The notes beneath the pieces are model-generated. The model was not told the DNA's origin, searched no databases, and saw only the letters and a program-made list of their open reading frames with translations. From a virus (taxonomy: Duplodnaviria > Caudoviricetes), in IMG/VR virus record IMGVR_UViG_3300037420_000470, positions 1 through 64,000 of that record: a stretch of DNA of 64,000 bases. The stretch is one strand, 5' to 3'. Below, one piece after another: positions 8,200-16,116 of this stretch (position 1 is the stretch's first letter; the number at the start of each line of letters is the position of its first letter). The position numbers and the translations under genes are program-made.

Positions 8200-9169
8200 A
8201 GTAACAGTAATTGGTAAGCATGGAGTTAGTGCAACAATTCTAGCAGACTCCATTTCCCCGCAAGGGATTCGTCTGACAACGATGGAGATTGAATACCCAA
8301 GGATTATTCTAGCCGAGTTGAACACTCATGGGATGCTTTGTAAGAACTCTGCTAGTTCTCGTGCTATTCCCTTTGCTAAGATGGCAGAGCAGCTTAAGGG
8401 TAGACCGATTCGTTTTGGACAAGCGAATAAGGGTATGCAAGATAAAGGTGAAGATTTTGATGCTACTGTACTTAACAGTTACACACCTGAAGAGGCATGG
8501 GAAGCTGTGAAGAAAGATGCAATATTCTGGTCTAAAGCGTTCTTTAACGCAGGGTATCACAAACAAATTGGTAATCGCCTCACTGAACCGTTCCAGATGA
8601 TGAAGACTGTTATTTCAGCTACAGAGTGGAATAACTTCTTTTGGCTACGTGATCATGAAGCTGCTGATCCGTCAATAGCGGAGTTGGCAAGCTGTATGAG
8701 AGTTGCTAGGGAAGAGTCTGAGCCACAACTGTTGTTTCCTGGTGAATATCATCTTCCGTACATTCAATTTTTCCGTGATGATTCTGGTGGAGCAATGTAT
8801 GCCATCACTGATGACAATGGAAATCTTGAATGGCTTACAGCAGACCGAGCAAGGAAAGTGTCTGCTGCTCGTTGTGCTGCTGTTTCCTTTAGGAATACGG
8901 ATTACACGCTTGAAAAGAGTTTGGAAGTGTATGAGAGACTTGTAGGAGATGAACGGAAACATGCATCAGCATTCCAGCATCAAGCTACACCGATGAAGGC
9001 AAGTGATTGGGATATCGACACTGACAATCCAATAAACCATGCGATGTTCCCTTGGTCTTGGGAAGACGGCATTAGTCATGTAGACCGTGAAGGGCAGTTA
9101 TGGAGCGCACAATTCCGTGGCTGGATTATGTTTAGAAAATTGATTGCTGGTGAAAATATTTCTGGCTAA
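8189..9169 (+). CDS. thyX: Flavin-dependent thymidylate synthase, phage type
   Basis: YPRIILAELNTH...NSASSRAIP, NRLTEPF, NFFWLRDH, SAARCAAVSF, HASAFQHQA. Confidence 0.88.
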   Translation: MSSKVTVIGKHGVSATILADSISPQGIRLTTMEIEYPRIILAELNTHGMLCKNSASSRAIPFAKMAEQLKGRPIRFGQANKGMQDKGEDFDATVLNSYTPEEAWEAVKKDAIFWSKAFFNAGYHKQIGNRLTEPFQMMKTVISATEWNNFFWLRDHEAADPSIAELASCMRVAREESEPQLLFPGEYHLPYIQFFRDDSGGAMYAITDDNGNLEWLTADRARKVSAARCAAVSFRNTDYTLEKSLEVYERLVGDERKHASAFQHQATPMKASDWDIDTDNPINHAMFPWSWEDGISHVDREGQLWSAQFRGWIMFRKLIAGENISG

Positions 9170-9172
9170 TTG

Positions 9173-9209
9173 TTGACATAAAGCAAAAGCAGCGTTTATA
9201 ATGCTGCTT
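9173..9209 (+). promoter_or_regulatory. sigma70-type promoter with -10 box in an inverted repeat
   Basis: TTGACA(9173)-18-TATAAT(9197); AAGCAGCGTT 9187-9196 / AATGCTGCTT 9200-9209 (one mismatch). Confidence 0.75.
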
Positions 9210-9228
9210 AATTCACAAGGAGAAATAA

Positions 9229-9627
9229 ATGAAAATTACTAAAGAAGCTGTAGATGTTTTGAAAGGTGCTCGTGACATCCTTTCTGGTTTTAATGCTTGG
9301 ACTCGTGGCACGTATGCACGTAACAACAAAGGTGAAGATGTGTCATTGAATGATCCGCAAGCATGTCGTTTCTGCGCTGATGGTGCATTACGGAAAGCGG
9401 CAGGAGTGAATGAATATACTATGTATCCATATTTGTCACCAGCATATAGGCAAGCTAGGGAAATCTTGGAAGGTGTAATGGCAGATGGGTTTTGTGAGGA
9501 AATTCCTGATGTAAATGATAAGTCTACTACGAAGCATCAGCATGTATTGATGAGTTATGATCTTGCTATCCTGCAAGCAGAAGATATGTTGAAAGCACAA
9601 CAGCGGAAAGCTAAAGCAAAGAAGTGA
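9229..9627 (+). CDS. Hypothetical phage protein (WTRGTYARN...CRFCADGAL)
   Basis: 132 aa ORF, AAGGAG RBS. Confidence 0.75.
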   Translation: MKITKEAVDVLKGARDILSGFNAWTRGTYARNNKGEDVSLNDPQACRFCADGALRKAAGVNEYTMYPYLSPAYRQAREILEGVMADGFCEEIPDVNDKSTTKHQHVLMSYDLAILQAEDMLKAQQRKAKAKK

Positions 9628-9833
9628 AACGCTATAAAGACATTTTCGTAGCCAAGGGCAGTATGTTGTTCTCTGCCCTAGAGAAGCGCGACAGTTCTTC
9701 AGGCAAGGTGAGAGAGGGTTATGAAAAGGAAGTAGCTAAAATTTATGCTGAAACCACTAAGAATTTCATAGCTCTCTACCCGTTAGAAGATAGAATTTAT
9801 TTTGCAACAAAACACAAGGAGAATTCGGAATGA
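9624..9833 (+). CDS. Hypothetical protein
   Basis: GTGA overlap, 69 aa. Confidence 0.65.
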   Translation: MKRYKDIFVAKGSMLFSALEKRDSSSGKVREGYEKEVAKIYAETTKNFIALYPLEDRIYFATKHKENSE

Positions 9834-10162
9834 AAACATTGCAACAACAGCTTCAAAGCAGGATAAGTTTGCGTAGAAACAAAATCAGGCATTTTGAAGC
9901 AAGCATTGAAATGTTTAAATACTGTGGTTGCTATAATGAAGCTAAGTTATTTCGTGACATGGTTAAAAACTTAGCTAAAGAGCAAGTGTTGGACAAGAAG
10001 CTATACGCCTTCATACTTGAAGCTGAATACGATATTAAAACATTAGATTTGATGCTTGATACTATGTTTTGTTCTGCAGAAATTATTGAAACCCCAAGAG
10101 TGAATGCAACCACTATCACTGAGTTTCCAATTTTCTTTGGTGATGCCGATGAACGTAATTGA
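9830..10162 (+). CDS. Hypothetical protein
   Basis: 110 aa ORF, AAGGAG RBS. Confidence 0.7.
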   Translation: MKTLQQQLQSRISLRRNKIRHFEASIEMFKYCGCYNEAKLFRDMVKNLAKEQVLDKKLYAFILEAEYDIKTLDLMLDTMFCSAEIIETPRVNATTITEFPIFFGDADERN

Positions 10163-10325
10163 TCACTTTGTAGTGGAAGTGCTTAGTGAGCCACGATTGA
10201 TGAATGGCATGTGGTGGGTTAATGTCAAATCAGATGCTTGGGGCAGAGTTGGGGAAGACCTTCTCATGTTTTCTTCATACGAAGCAGCAAAACTAGTTGA
10301 TGTAGGGTATAAGTACGAAGCATAA
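10149..10325 (+). CDS. Hypothetical protein
   Basis: ORF track 10104..10325; ATG 10149 probable. Confidence 0.55.
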   Translation: MNVIDHFVVEVLSEPRLMNGMWWVNVKSDAWGRVGEDLLMFSSYEAAKLVDVGYKYEA

Positions 10326-10341
10326 CTAACAGGGAGAGACA

Positions 10342-10551
10342 ATGAAGAATAATTATGATGGTGAGACAAAGAACTGCATAGGTCACGAAGTACAGGAGTT
10401 CATTCCCGGCAAAGGATGGACAAGAGTAAGTGAGCCAGGATTGACACGCTATAGGGCAGAAGCAGAGCTTGTATGCTTCAGGGCTGCAGACGATGGCAGT
10501 AGCGAGTATCGTGTTTATGAATCGTTGATATTTCATGGAGAGTTGGTGTAA
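10342..10551 (+). CDS. Hypothetical protein
   Basis: 69 aa ORF, GGAG RBS. Confidence 0.65.
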   Translation: MKNNYDGETKNCIGHEVQEFIPGKGWTRVSEPGLTRYRAEAELVCFRAADDGSSEYRVYESLIFHGELV

Positions 10552-10559
10552 AGGGTAAA

Positions 10560-12338
10560 ATGGATGTAGCTGAAAGATATGGCATAGACCTATCCTACGA
10601 GCATAAAACTCAATGCCCCCGATGTGCTAGGAATGGCAGAGACACAGCAGGAAACAACCTGCATGTGTATGGACAAGATAGTGGAGCCTTTTGTTGGAGT
10701 TGTGACTACACAATTCCTTCTAAAGCACATAGGGAAGCGATGGGATGGGATGAACAAGATTTTGAAGAGGATGAGGTAGTGACCAGGGAAAGAATAACTG
10801 ACGAACAAAACGAGCAAATCAAAAGTTATACCAGCTTCAAAGGGAAAGGCTATAGAGGTATTCGGGATGAAACTAATAAGTTTTTCGGTATCCGCTACGA
10901 GTACAGCGATGAAACTGGTGAACCAATTAAGCAATATGTACCAACAACGATTGACGGTAAATTAGCTGGCTATCGAACTAGAGTATTTCCTAAAGATTTC
11001 AGCAATCCCATTGGACAAGTTGGTAAAGAAACTGACATGATTGGAGAATTCCGATTCAAAAATCATAGTCGCACTGTCATCATCACTGGTGGTGAAACTA
11101 AGATGCTCAATACCTACCAAATGCTCAAGGATGATCTTGAGAGGCGTGGTAAAGGGGATTATGAAACTGTAGCAGTAGTGTGTTCTACGTTAGGTGAGAG
11201 TGGAGCATATAAGCAGGTACAATCACGGTATGAATTCTTCAATCAGTTCCAAAAGATTGTAATATGCATGGATGCTGATAAAGCTGGTGAAGAAGCTGCT
11301 GAGAAGATTGCTAGGGTATTGCCTAAAGGTCGTGTCTACATTATGAAGATGCGATACAAGGATGCTGATGACTTTGTGGAAGCAGGAAAAGAGAAAGAGT
11401 TTATTCAAGACTTTTGGAATGCAACAGCATACGTTCCAGCAGGGATTGTAGGTAGTGGTGAATTGCCTTCAAAGATTCGTGAAGAAGCGAACAGTGAGAA
11501 GATTTCGTTTCCTCCGTTCATGGCAAAGATTAACGAGATGACTGCTGGTGGTTTGAGTTTGGGTAAGATTTGTAATATCGGTGCTGCATCTGGAATCGGC
11601 AAGACAGTGTATGTCGATACGATAATCTACCATCTGGTTTTCAATTCTCCGCACCAAGTAGGTGTAGTATCGATGGAATTGAATGCTGGTCAGTACGGTT
11701 TGTCTATGTTGTCTAGACACATTGGCAGGAAGATTTCTAACATAGAAGATCGTCAAGAACGGCTTGAATTCTTGAACTCTGATTATGTGCGAGAGAAAGA
11801 GCAGGAACTATTCTACCGAGAAGATGGTAGTCATCGTTGGCATTTGGTTGATGATCGGGATGGCAGTATTGAAGATTTAAAATCTGTAGTTGAACAACTT
11901 GTGATTGGGTGTGGTTGTAAGGTGATTGTCCTTGATCCACTGCAGGACATATTGGACGGTCTTACGAATGAAGAACAAGCCATCTTCTTGAAGTGGCAGA
12001 AAGGGTTGATCAAATCTCACAACATCTCGTTTATTAACATCAACCACGTCCGTAAGAGTGGGGGTGGTGGGCAGCAGAACTCAAATGGTGGTATGATTTC
12101 GGAGGAAGATTTTGCTGGTTCTTCTACGATATTCAAATCAGCAGCTTTGAACATCTTATTGGTTAGAAACAAGATGGCTGAAGATCCTATTGAAAGAAAC
12201 ACCACTAGGGCATTCATCAGTAAGAATCGTGACAATGGTGTGACAGGACCAGCAGGAGAGTTCTTTTATGACAACGAAGATCATACGTTGTATGAAAAAG
12301 AAGAGTGGTTGGCAAAACAGCCGACAACTGAATTTTAA
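10560..12338 (+). CDS. Primase-helicase (Zn finger, TOPRIM, SF4 helicase)
   Basis: CPRC...CWSC Zn ribbon, MDADKAG DxD, Walker A GAASGIGKT, VIVLDPLQ Walker B, SKNRDNG. Confidence 0.95.
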   Translation: MDVAERYGIDLSYEHKTQCPRCARNGRDTAGNNLHVYGQDSGAFCWSCDYTIPSKAHREAMGWDEQDFEEDEVVTRERITDEQNEQIKSYTSFKGKGYRGIRDETNKFFGIRYEYSDETGEPIKQYVPTTIDGKLAGYRTRVFPKDFSNPIGQVGKETDMIGEFRFKNHSRTVIITGGETKMLNTYQMLKDDLERRGKGDYETVAVVCSTLGESGAYKQVQSRYEFFNQFQKIVICMDADKAGEEAAEKIARVLPKGRVYIMKMRYKDADDFVEAGKEKEFIQDFWNATAYVPAGIVGSGELPSKIREEANSEKISFPPFMAKINEMTAGGLSLGKICNIGAASGIGKTVYVDTIIYHLVFNSPHQVGVVSMELNAGQYGLSMLSRHIGRKISNIEDRQERLEFLNSDYVREKEQELFYREDGSHRWHLVDDRDGSIEDLKSVVEQLVIGCGCKVIVLDPLQDILDGLTNEEQAIFLKWQKGLIKSHNISFININHVRKSGGGGQQNSNGGMISEEDFAGSSTIFKSAALNILLVRNKMAEDPIERNTTRAFISKNRDNGVTGPAGEFFYDNEDHTLYEKEEWLAKQPTTEF

Positions 12339-12353
12339 TTAAGGAGAATAAGT

Positions 12354-12503
12354 ATGACAGCATTAGAGTATTTGGATTACATCATTACAACTCATGGGAT
12401 GTTCTTGATGGGTGAAACTGAGATTCCTATTCAAGTATCAGAACTACACTTTCTTAAACAATTGATTGAACGTGGTGTGTTGGCAAAAGGCGATGAAGCA
12501 TGA
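12354..12503 (+). CDS. Small hypothetical protein (49 aa)
   Basis: Translated by hand; AAGGAG RBS; ATGA overlap with next gene. Confidence 0.6.
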   Translation: MTALEYLDYIITTHGMFLMGETEIPIQVSELHFLKQLIERGVLAKGDEA

Positions 12504-12679
12504 CAACTAAAGTGATAATTGAATACGCAAACCATCCTGTACGAATTGGCACTTATGACCCTGACACTGGAATGCAGGTTAATCCTCCGGTTATATTAAC
12601 TGAGGGAAGATATGAAGTGTATGTTCATGCACATCATGCAGTGAATGTGGAAGAAATTCACACTGATGGTGAAGCATGA
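12500..12679 (+). CDS. Small hypothetical protein (59 aa)
   Basis: Translated by hand; ATGA overlaps at both ends. Confidence 0.6.
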   Translation: MTTKVIIEYANHPVRIGTYDPDTGMQVNPPVILTEGRYEVYVHAHHAVNVEEIHTDGEA

Positions 12680-12930
12680 CCCAACAAGAATCTTATGAAC
12701 TTATTTCAAAGAAGTTGGAACAAGCAAAGAATCTGATTAATGAAGCTGTATCTATTTCAGAGCAACATGGTGTGGTATTCACTCTCCCTTGGGGTGGTGA
12801 AGGAACAAGTGAAGCAGGATTAGGAGCTACGTATGTACCAACTACAGCAAGTGAAAAAGATAAAGAATGGAATTCCAATTGGAATAGTTGGCGTAATTAT
12901 GGTTGGATGCCATCTGCAGGTTCATGCTAA
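12676..12930 (+). CDS. Small protein with C-terminal WxxSxxxC motif, member 1
   Basis: Ends WMPSAGSC*. Confidence 0.75.
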   Translation: MTQQESYELISKKLEQAKNLINEAVSISEQHGVVFTLPWGGEGTSEAGLGATYVPTTASEKDKEWNSNWNSWRNYGWMPSAGSC

Positions 12931-12948
12931 AAATTAGCATGTTAATAA

Positions 12949-12964
12949 TTCTCATAAATGAGAA
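12949..12964. repeat. Palindrome TTCTCATWWATGAGAA, copy 2
   Basis: TTCTCATAAATGAGAA, intergenic. Confidence 0.95.
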
Positions 12965-12982
12965 ATTCTAAAGGAGAAAGAA

Positions 12983-13231
12983 GTGGTAAAGAAAACTGAA
13001 ATTGGTGGTATTAATCTGTCTGAATTTCGTCGCCAGAGAGAGGCAGTGACACAAGCAGCTTTGGCTGAAGTTGCAAGCAGAGTTGAACAGATTCAAGAAT
13101 TGCTGAAAGAGATTCAAGAGATTTCAGAGGCAACGGGAGTGTCTGTTAGTTTGTATGGATTGAAGAGTTCAATTAACGATATTGGAAGCGAGATTGACGA
13201 AGATTGGTATTCATCCTCTTACTCTTGTTGA
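12983..13231 (+). CDS. Small protein with C-terminal WxxSxxxC motif, member 2
   Basis: Ends WYSSSYSC*; AAGGAG RBS. Confidence 0.75.
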   Translation: MVKKTEIGGINLSEFRRQREAVTQAALAEVASRVEQIQELLKEIQEISEATGVSVSLYGLKSSINDIGSEIDEDWYSSSYSC

Positions 13232-13256
13232 GTAAGAGTCTGATTAAGGAGAAATA

Positions 13257-13676
13257 ATGGAAGATATAGTTATAAATGGTGTAAGCATTAATGGGTTGAA
13301 GGCTCAACGTGAAGCAATCAAACAGGGAGCAGCACAATCCATTTCTGATGGAATTGAGAATGTGAAAGTGATTGTCAATAAGATTGTCGAATCGGATGAA
13401 GAAAATCCTATAGATGTTGATGCACTTGCTGTAGAAGCTTTTGATATTCTTGATCGTGTTGACCTTGTTAGTAGCGTTTCTGGTGTTGAGTATTATTTGC
13501 CGTACAATGAACCTTACGGATATAATGACGATGATACGCTCACTACGCAACTAGAAGAATGGTCAGATGAGAGTGATGTAAATATTTACAAAGGTAAGAT
13601 TGGCAGGCTGTATGACCAATTAGGTGGGATGGAAACACAGTCTCGTTTGTGGAATTCTTCTTCGGTGCATTGTTAA
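13257..13676 (+). CDS. Acidic protein with C-terminal WxxSxxxC motif, member 3
   Basis: Ends WNSSSVHC*; N-terminus resembles member 2; AAGGAG RBS. Confidence 0.75.
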   Translation: MEDIVINGVSINGLKAQREAIKQGAAQSISDGIENVKVIVNKIVESDEENPIDVDALAVEAFDILDRVDLVSSVSGVEYYLPYNEPYGYNDDDTLTTQLEEWSDESDVNIYKGKIGRLYDQLGGMETQSRLWNSSSVHC

Positions 13677-13924
13677 TGCGTACACTATTCGCAGCACTAC
13701 TTGTAGCAACCGTGTTGTGCGGTTGCACTAAGAAAGCAGAATCAGTCAGCTATGTAAACAAAGAATTCGAAGTTGAGAAATTGTTTGAACATGATGGCTG
13801 TAAAGTGTATCGATTCTACGATGGTGGTTGGCAAAGGTATTACACCAATTGTAGCGGTTCAACACAATGGACTCAAAGTTGTGGGAAATCTTGCACTAGT
13901 CAAGAAGGTGTAACAGGAACTTAA
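13676..13924 (+). CDS. Predicted lipoprotein
   Basis: MRTLFAALLVATVLCGC lipobox; VEKLFEHDGCKVYRFYDGG; ATG overlaps upstream TAA. Confidence 0.75.
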   Translation: MRTLFAALLVATVLCGCTKKAESVSYVNKEFEVEKLFEHDGCKVYRFYDGGWQRYYTNCSGSTQWTQSCGKSCTSQEGVTGT

Positions 13925-13940
13925 TTTAAAGGAGGTAGCT

Positions 13941-14897
13941 TTGGTAGTGATTGGAAGTGCAGCTTTGGCATATCATGTAATGGGAATTAAACCAAATGAT
14001 TTAGACCTTATAGGCACGTATGAGGAAGCTGTTGAATTCCGTAAGCGATTCAAGGCTGTCTCTTTTTACCCTATCAACTCAGGTAAGTCCATCTTCATGC
14101 GGGATGCTGAAGGGAATATTTGTGAAATAGAGATTGCATGGCCTGGAAGCAGAGCAGAGAAGTTTGTTAAGTTTTTCTTTGAACATGACTTCAAACAAGA
14201 GGTTCCTGGTAATTTATACGATGCAGCATATTGGGTTGGCAGGGATTGGTATGTTCCATCGCTGGATGTTTTGTATTTGCTGAAATGCTCGCACAAATAC
14301 CTTAAAGATAGCATCCATTTCAAGAAGACGATGGATGACATTATCTACATGCGGGATACGCTAGGTTGTAAGATTCGAGATGAGCATAAAGCATTTTATG
14401 AAGAAAGGATGAAGGATACTTACACAAATAAACTGCCTAAGTTGAATGTCAGTAAGAATGAGTTCTTTGATGCAGAGGCTACAGGTGTTCGCTATGAGTA
14501 TATACACGATACTATCCATCTTGCAGTGAAACACTTGTCTAAACCGGCTTACGAGTTCTTTAAACCGGATACAAACGAAGTGTACTGCAGCAAGGAAATG
14601 TTCTTTGCTTGTGATGAATATATTCAGTTGCTATCAGGGTTAGAAGAAGCAATGGTGTTGGCGATTGAGAGAAGCCTTGTCCCGTTTCCGAACGGGAAAA
14701 CCCCGAAACAGGCGTTCGACCTAGCATTGCAAAAGCTTGCATCGTCAATTAGCTCCGGTTGGTACAGAGAATTTGTGTGGGAAAACTACGATAGGATTCA
14801 ATCGCTATACCATGATGACTACTTTGGGTGGTTCTTGGAAGGGGTTGAAAAAGGTGTTGTAAAGAAAGTAGTTGACAACAAGGAACAGAACCACTAA
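13941..14897 (+). CDS. Nucleotidyltransferase-like protein (Pol beta-type GS...DxD) with helical C-terminal domain
   Basis: VVIGSAAL...PNDLDLIG; HDTIH in C-terminal domain; AAGGAGG RBS. Confidence 0.65.
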   Translation: MVVIGSAALAYHVMGIKPNDLDLIGTYEEAVEFRKRFKAVSFYPINSGKSIFMRDAEGNICEIEIAWPGSRAEKFVKFFFEHDFKQEVPGNLYDAAYWVGRDWYVPSLDVLYLLKCSHKYLKDSIHFKKTMDDIIYMRDTLGCKIRDEHKAFYEERMKDTYTNKLPKLNVSKNEFFDAEATGVRYEYIHDTIHLAVKHLSKPAYEFFKPDTNEVYCSKEMFFACDEYIQLLSGLEEAMVLAIERSLVPFPNGKTPKQAFDLALQKLASSISSGWYREFVWENYDRIQSLYHDDYFGWFLEGVEKGVVKKVVDNKEQNH

Positions 14898-14911
14898 CAT
14901 TACATCTGTTC
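14872..14911 (+). promoter_or_regulatory. sigma70-type promoter with inverted repeat around -10
   Basis: TTGACA(14872)-17-TAACAT(14895); GAACAGA 14883-14889 / TCTGTTC 14905-14911. Confidence 0.5.
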
Positions 14912-14931
14912 TAATTAACAAGGAGAATAAC

Positions 14932-15108
14932 ATGTCTAAACCACCTTTAGGCTTGCGTCCACGTTTCATTGTAGCTAAACTCCGTATTCAAGAGATTCTT
15001 GAAGCAATGCAACGTTATGTTGAAGCAGACAAAGCCATCCCTGATGAGTGGCGAACAGAGCTAATTGAATTGCATGATTGGTTGAATGATTTCTATGCTA
15101 AGGCATAA
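14932..15108 (+). CDS. Hypothetical phage protein (KPPLGLRPRFI)
   Basis: AAGGAG RBS before ATG 14932. Confidence 0.7.
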   Translation: MSKPPLGLRPRFIVAKLRIQEILEAMQRYVEADKAIPDEWRTELIELHDWLNDFYAKA

Positions 15109-15124
15109 TTCTCATAAATGAGAA
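15109..15124. repeat. Palindrome TTCTCATWWATGAGAA, copy 3
   Basis: Directly after stop 15108, 16 bp upstream of a -35 box. Confidence 0.95.
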
Positions 15125-15140
15125 ATTCTTGGTGAAGCTG

Positions 15141-15169
15141 TTGACAGAAATAATAGACATCTATACAAT
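15141..15169 (+). promoter_or_regulatory. sigma70-type promoter
   Basis: TTGACA-17-TACAAT. Confidence 0.8.
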
Positions 15170-15201
15170 GGCTTCATCGTCAACAAACAACGGAGAATGA
15201 T

Positions 15202-15420
15202 ATGCTTCAAAAGACTGCTTGGGAGTTGAGTTCTGATTGGTGGTGGGTTGGTACGTATGAGGCTGTCTTGAAGAATAAGGCATATGAGGATGCAACAGCA
15301 CTGCGTAATTCTAAAAATCAAGATGTTGTTATGTTACGGAGAGTTGATGGTTTGGTTACTAGGGTGCGTTATGTATCACCAGATACGGTTATGGTACTGA
15401 AGCCAATCAAGCATGTTTAA
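15202..15420 (+). CDS. Hypothetical protein
   Basis: 72 aa ORF, GGAG RBS, downstream of promoter. Confidence 0.65.
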   Translation: MLQKTAWELSSDWWWVGTYEAVLKNKAYEDATALRNSKNQDVVMLRRVDGLVTRVRYVSPDTVMVLKPIKHV

Positions 15421-15481
15421 TTTATAAAATTTTGAAGCATAAACGAGAGGGCTTCTGCCCTCTTTTCATTAAGGAGAAAAC

Positions 15482-15841
15482 GTGACGAAAATGAATCCAG
15501 AAGTAAAAGCAAAATGGCTTCAAGCATTGCGTAGTGGAGAGTACAAACAATGTGAAGGGAAACTCAAATCACAGTACGAAGATGGTACGTGTGCTTACTG
15601 TTGCTTGGGAGTATTGTCAGACATCCATGCTAAAGAGACAGAACAAGGAGATTGGGTTGACGGTGCTATATACAGAGATAGCACAGGAGACACAGAAATG
15701 GGTGTTTTGACTAAAGGTGTTCGTGTATGGGCAGGACTGTCAAAGTCGAACCCTGACGCACGTTCTTCATCTGTGGCTGAGTTAAACGATGGTGGTGTTT
15801 CGTTCGCACATTTGGCAGATATTATTGAAGAGCAATTCTAA
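15482..15841 (+). CDS. Hypothetical phage protein (KWLQALRSGEYKQ...YCCLGV)
   Basis: 119 aa ORF, AAGGAG RBS; preceded by hairpin GAGGGC-TTCT-GCCCTC and T tract. Confidence 0.75.
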   Translation: MTKMNPEVKAKWLQALRSGEYKQCEGKLKSQYEDGTCAYCCLGVLSDIHAKETEQGDWVDGAIYRDSTGDTEMGVLTKGVRVWAGLSKSNPDARSSSVAELNDGGVSFAHLADIIEEQF

Positions 15842-15849
15842 GGAGAAAC

Positions 15850-16011
15850 ATGACTGACTATTATTTTGAAGGAAGGGATGCGTTTTATCGTGTAATGGAT
15901 AAATGCCCTTACGAGCGTGGTACAGAAGCCTATTATGAGTGGTATAGAGGCTATGATGATGCGAATGAAGCGTATTCAGTAGATAATTTTATTCCTGAGT
16001 GGTATGGCTGA
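15850..16011 (+). CDS. Small Rmf/CrpP-fold-like protein (53 aa)
   Basis: Hand translation MTDYYFEGRDAFYRVMDKCPYERGTEAYYEWYRGYDDANE...; EG-x-x-A...CPY...W-x-x-G pattern; AAGGAG RBS. Confidence 0.55.
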   Translation: MTDYYFEGRDAFYRVMDKCPYERGTEAYYEWYRGYDDANEAYSVDNFIPEWYG

Positions 16012-16020
16012 AAGGTGAAT

Positions 16021-16107
16021 ATGGATAATCCGTATTGGGAAGGTAGACATGCATTCTATGAAGCAGAGGAATGGAGTAGTGGTTGGCCTGATGAGGTATA
16101 TGGATAA
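16021..16107 (+). CDS. Short paralog of the preceding gene (28 aa)
   Basis: MDNPYWEGRHAFYEAEEWSSGWPDEVYG; YWEGRHAFY matches YFEGRDAFY. Confidence 0.45.
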   Translation: MDNPYWEGRHAFYEAEEWSSGWPDEVYG

Positions 16108-16116
16108 GGGAGATGT

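Noticed and set aside
11080-11110. Inactive primase because TOPRIM reads TGGETK instead of EGExD
   Set aside because: The DxD motif and Zn finger are intact and this segment varies among phage primases; not supportable without an alignment.
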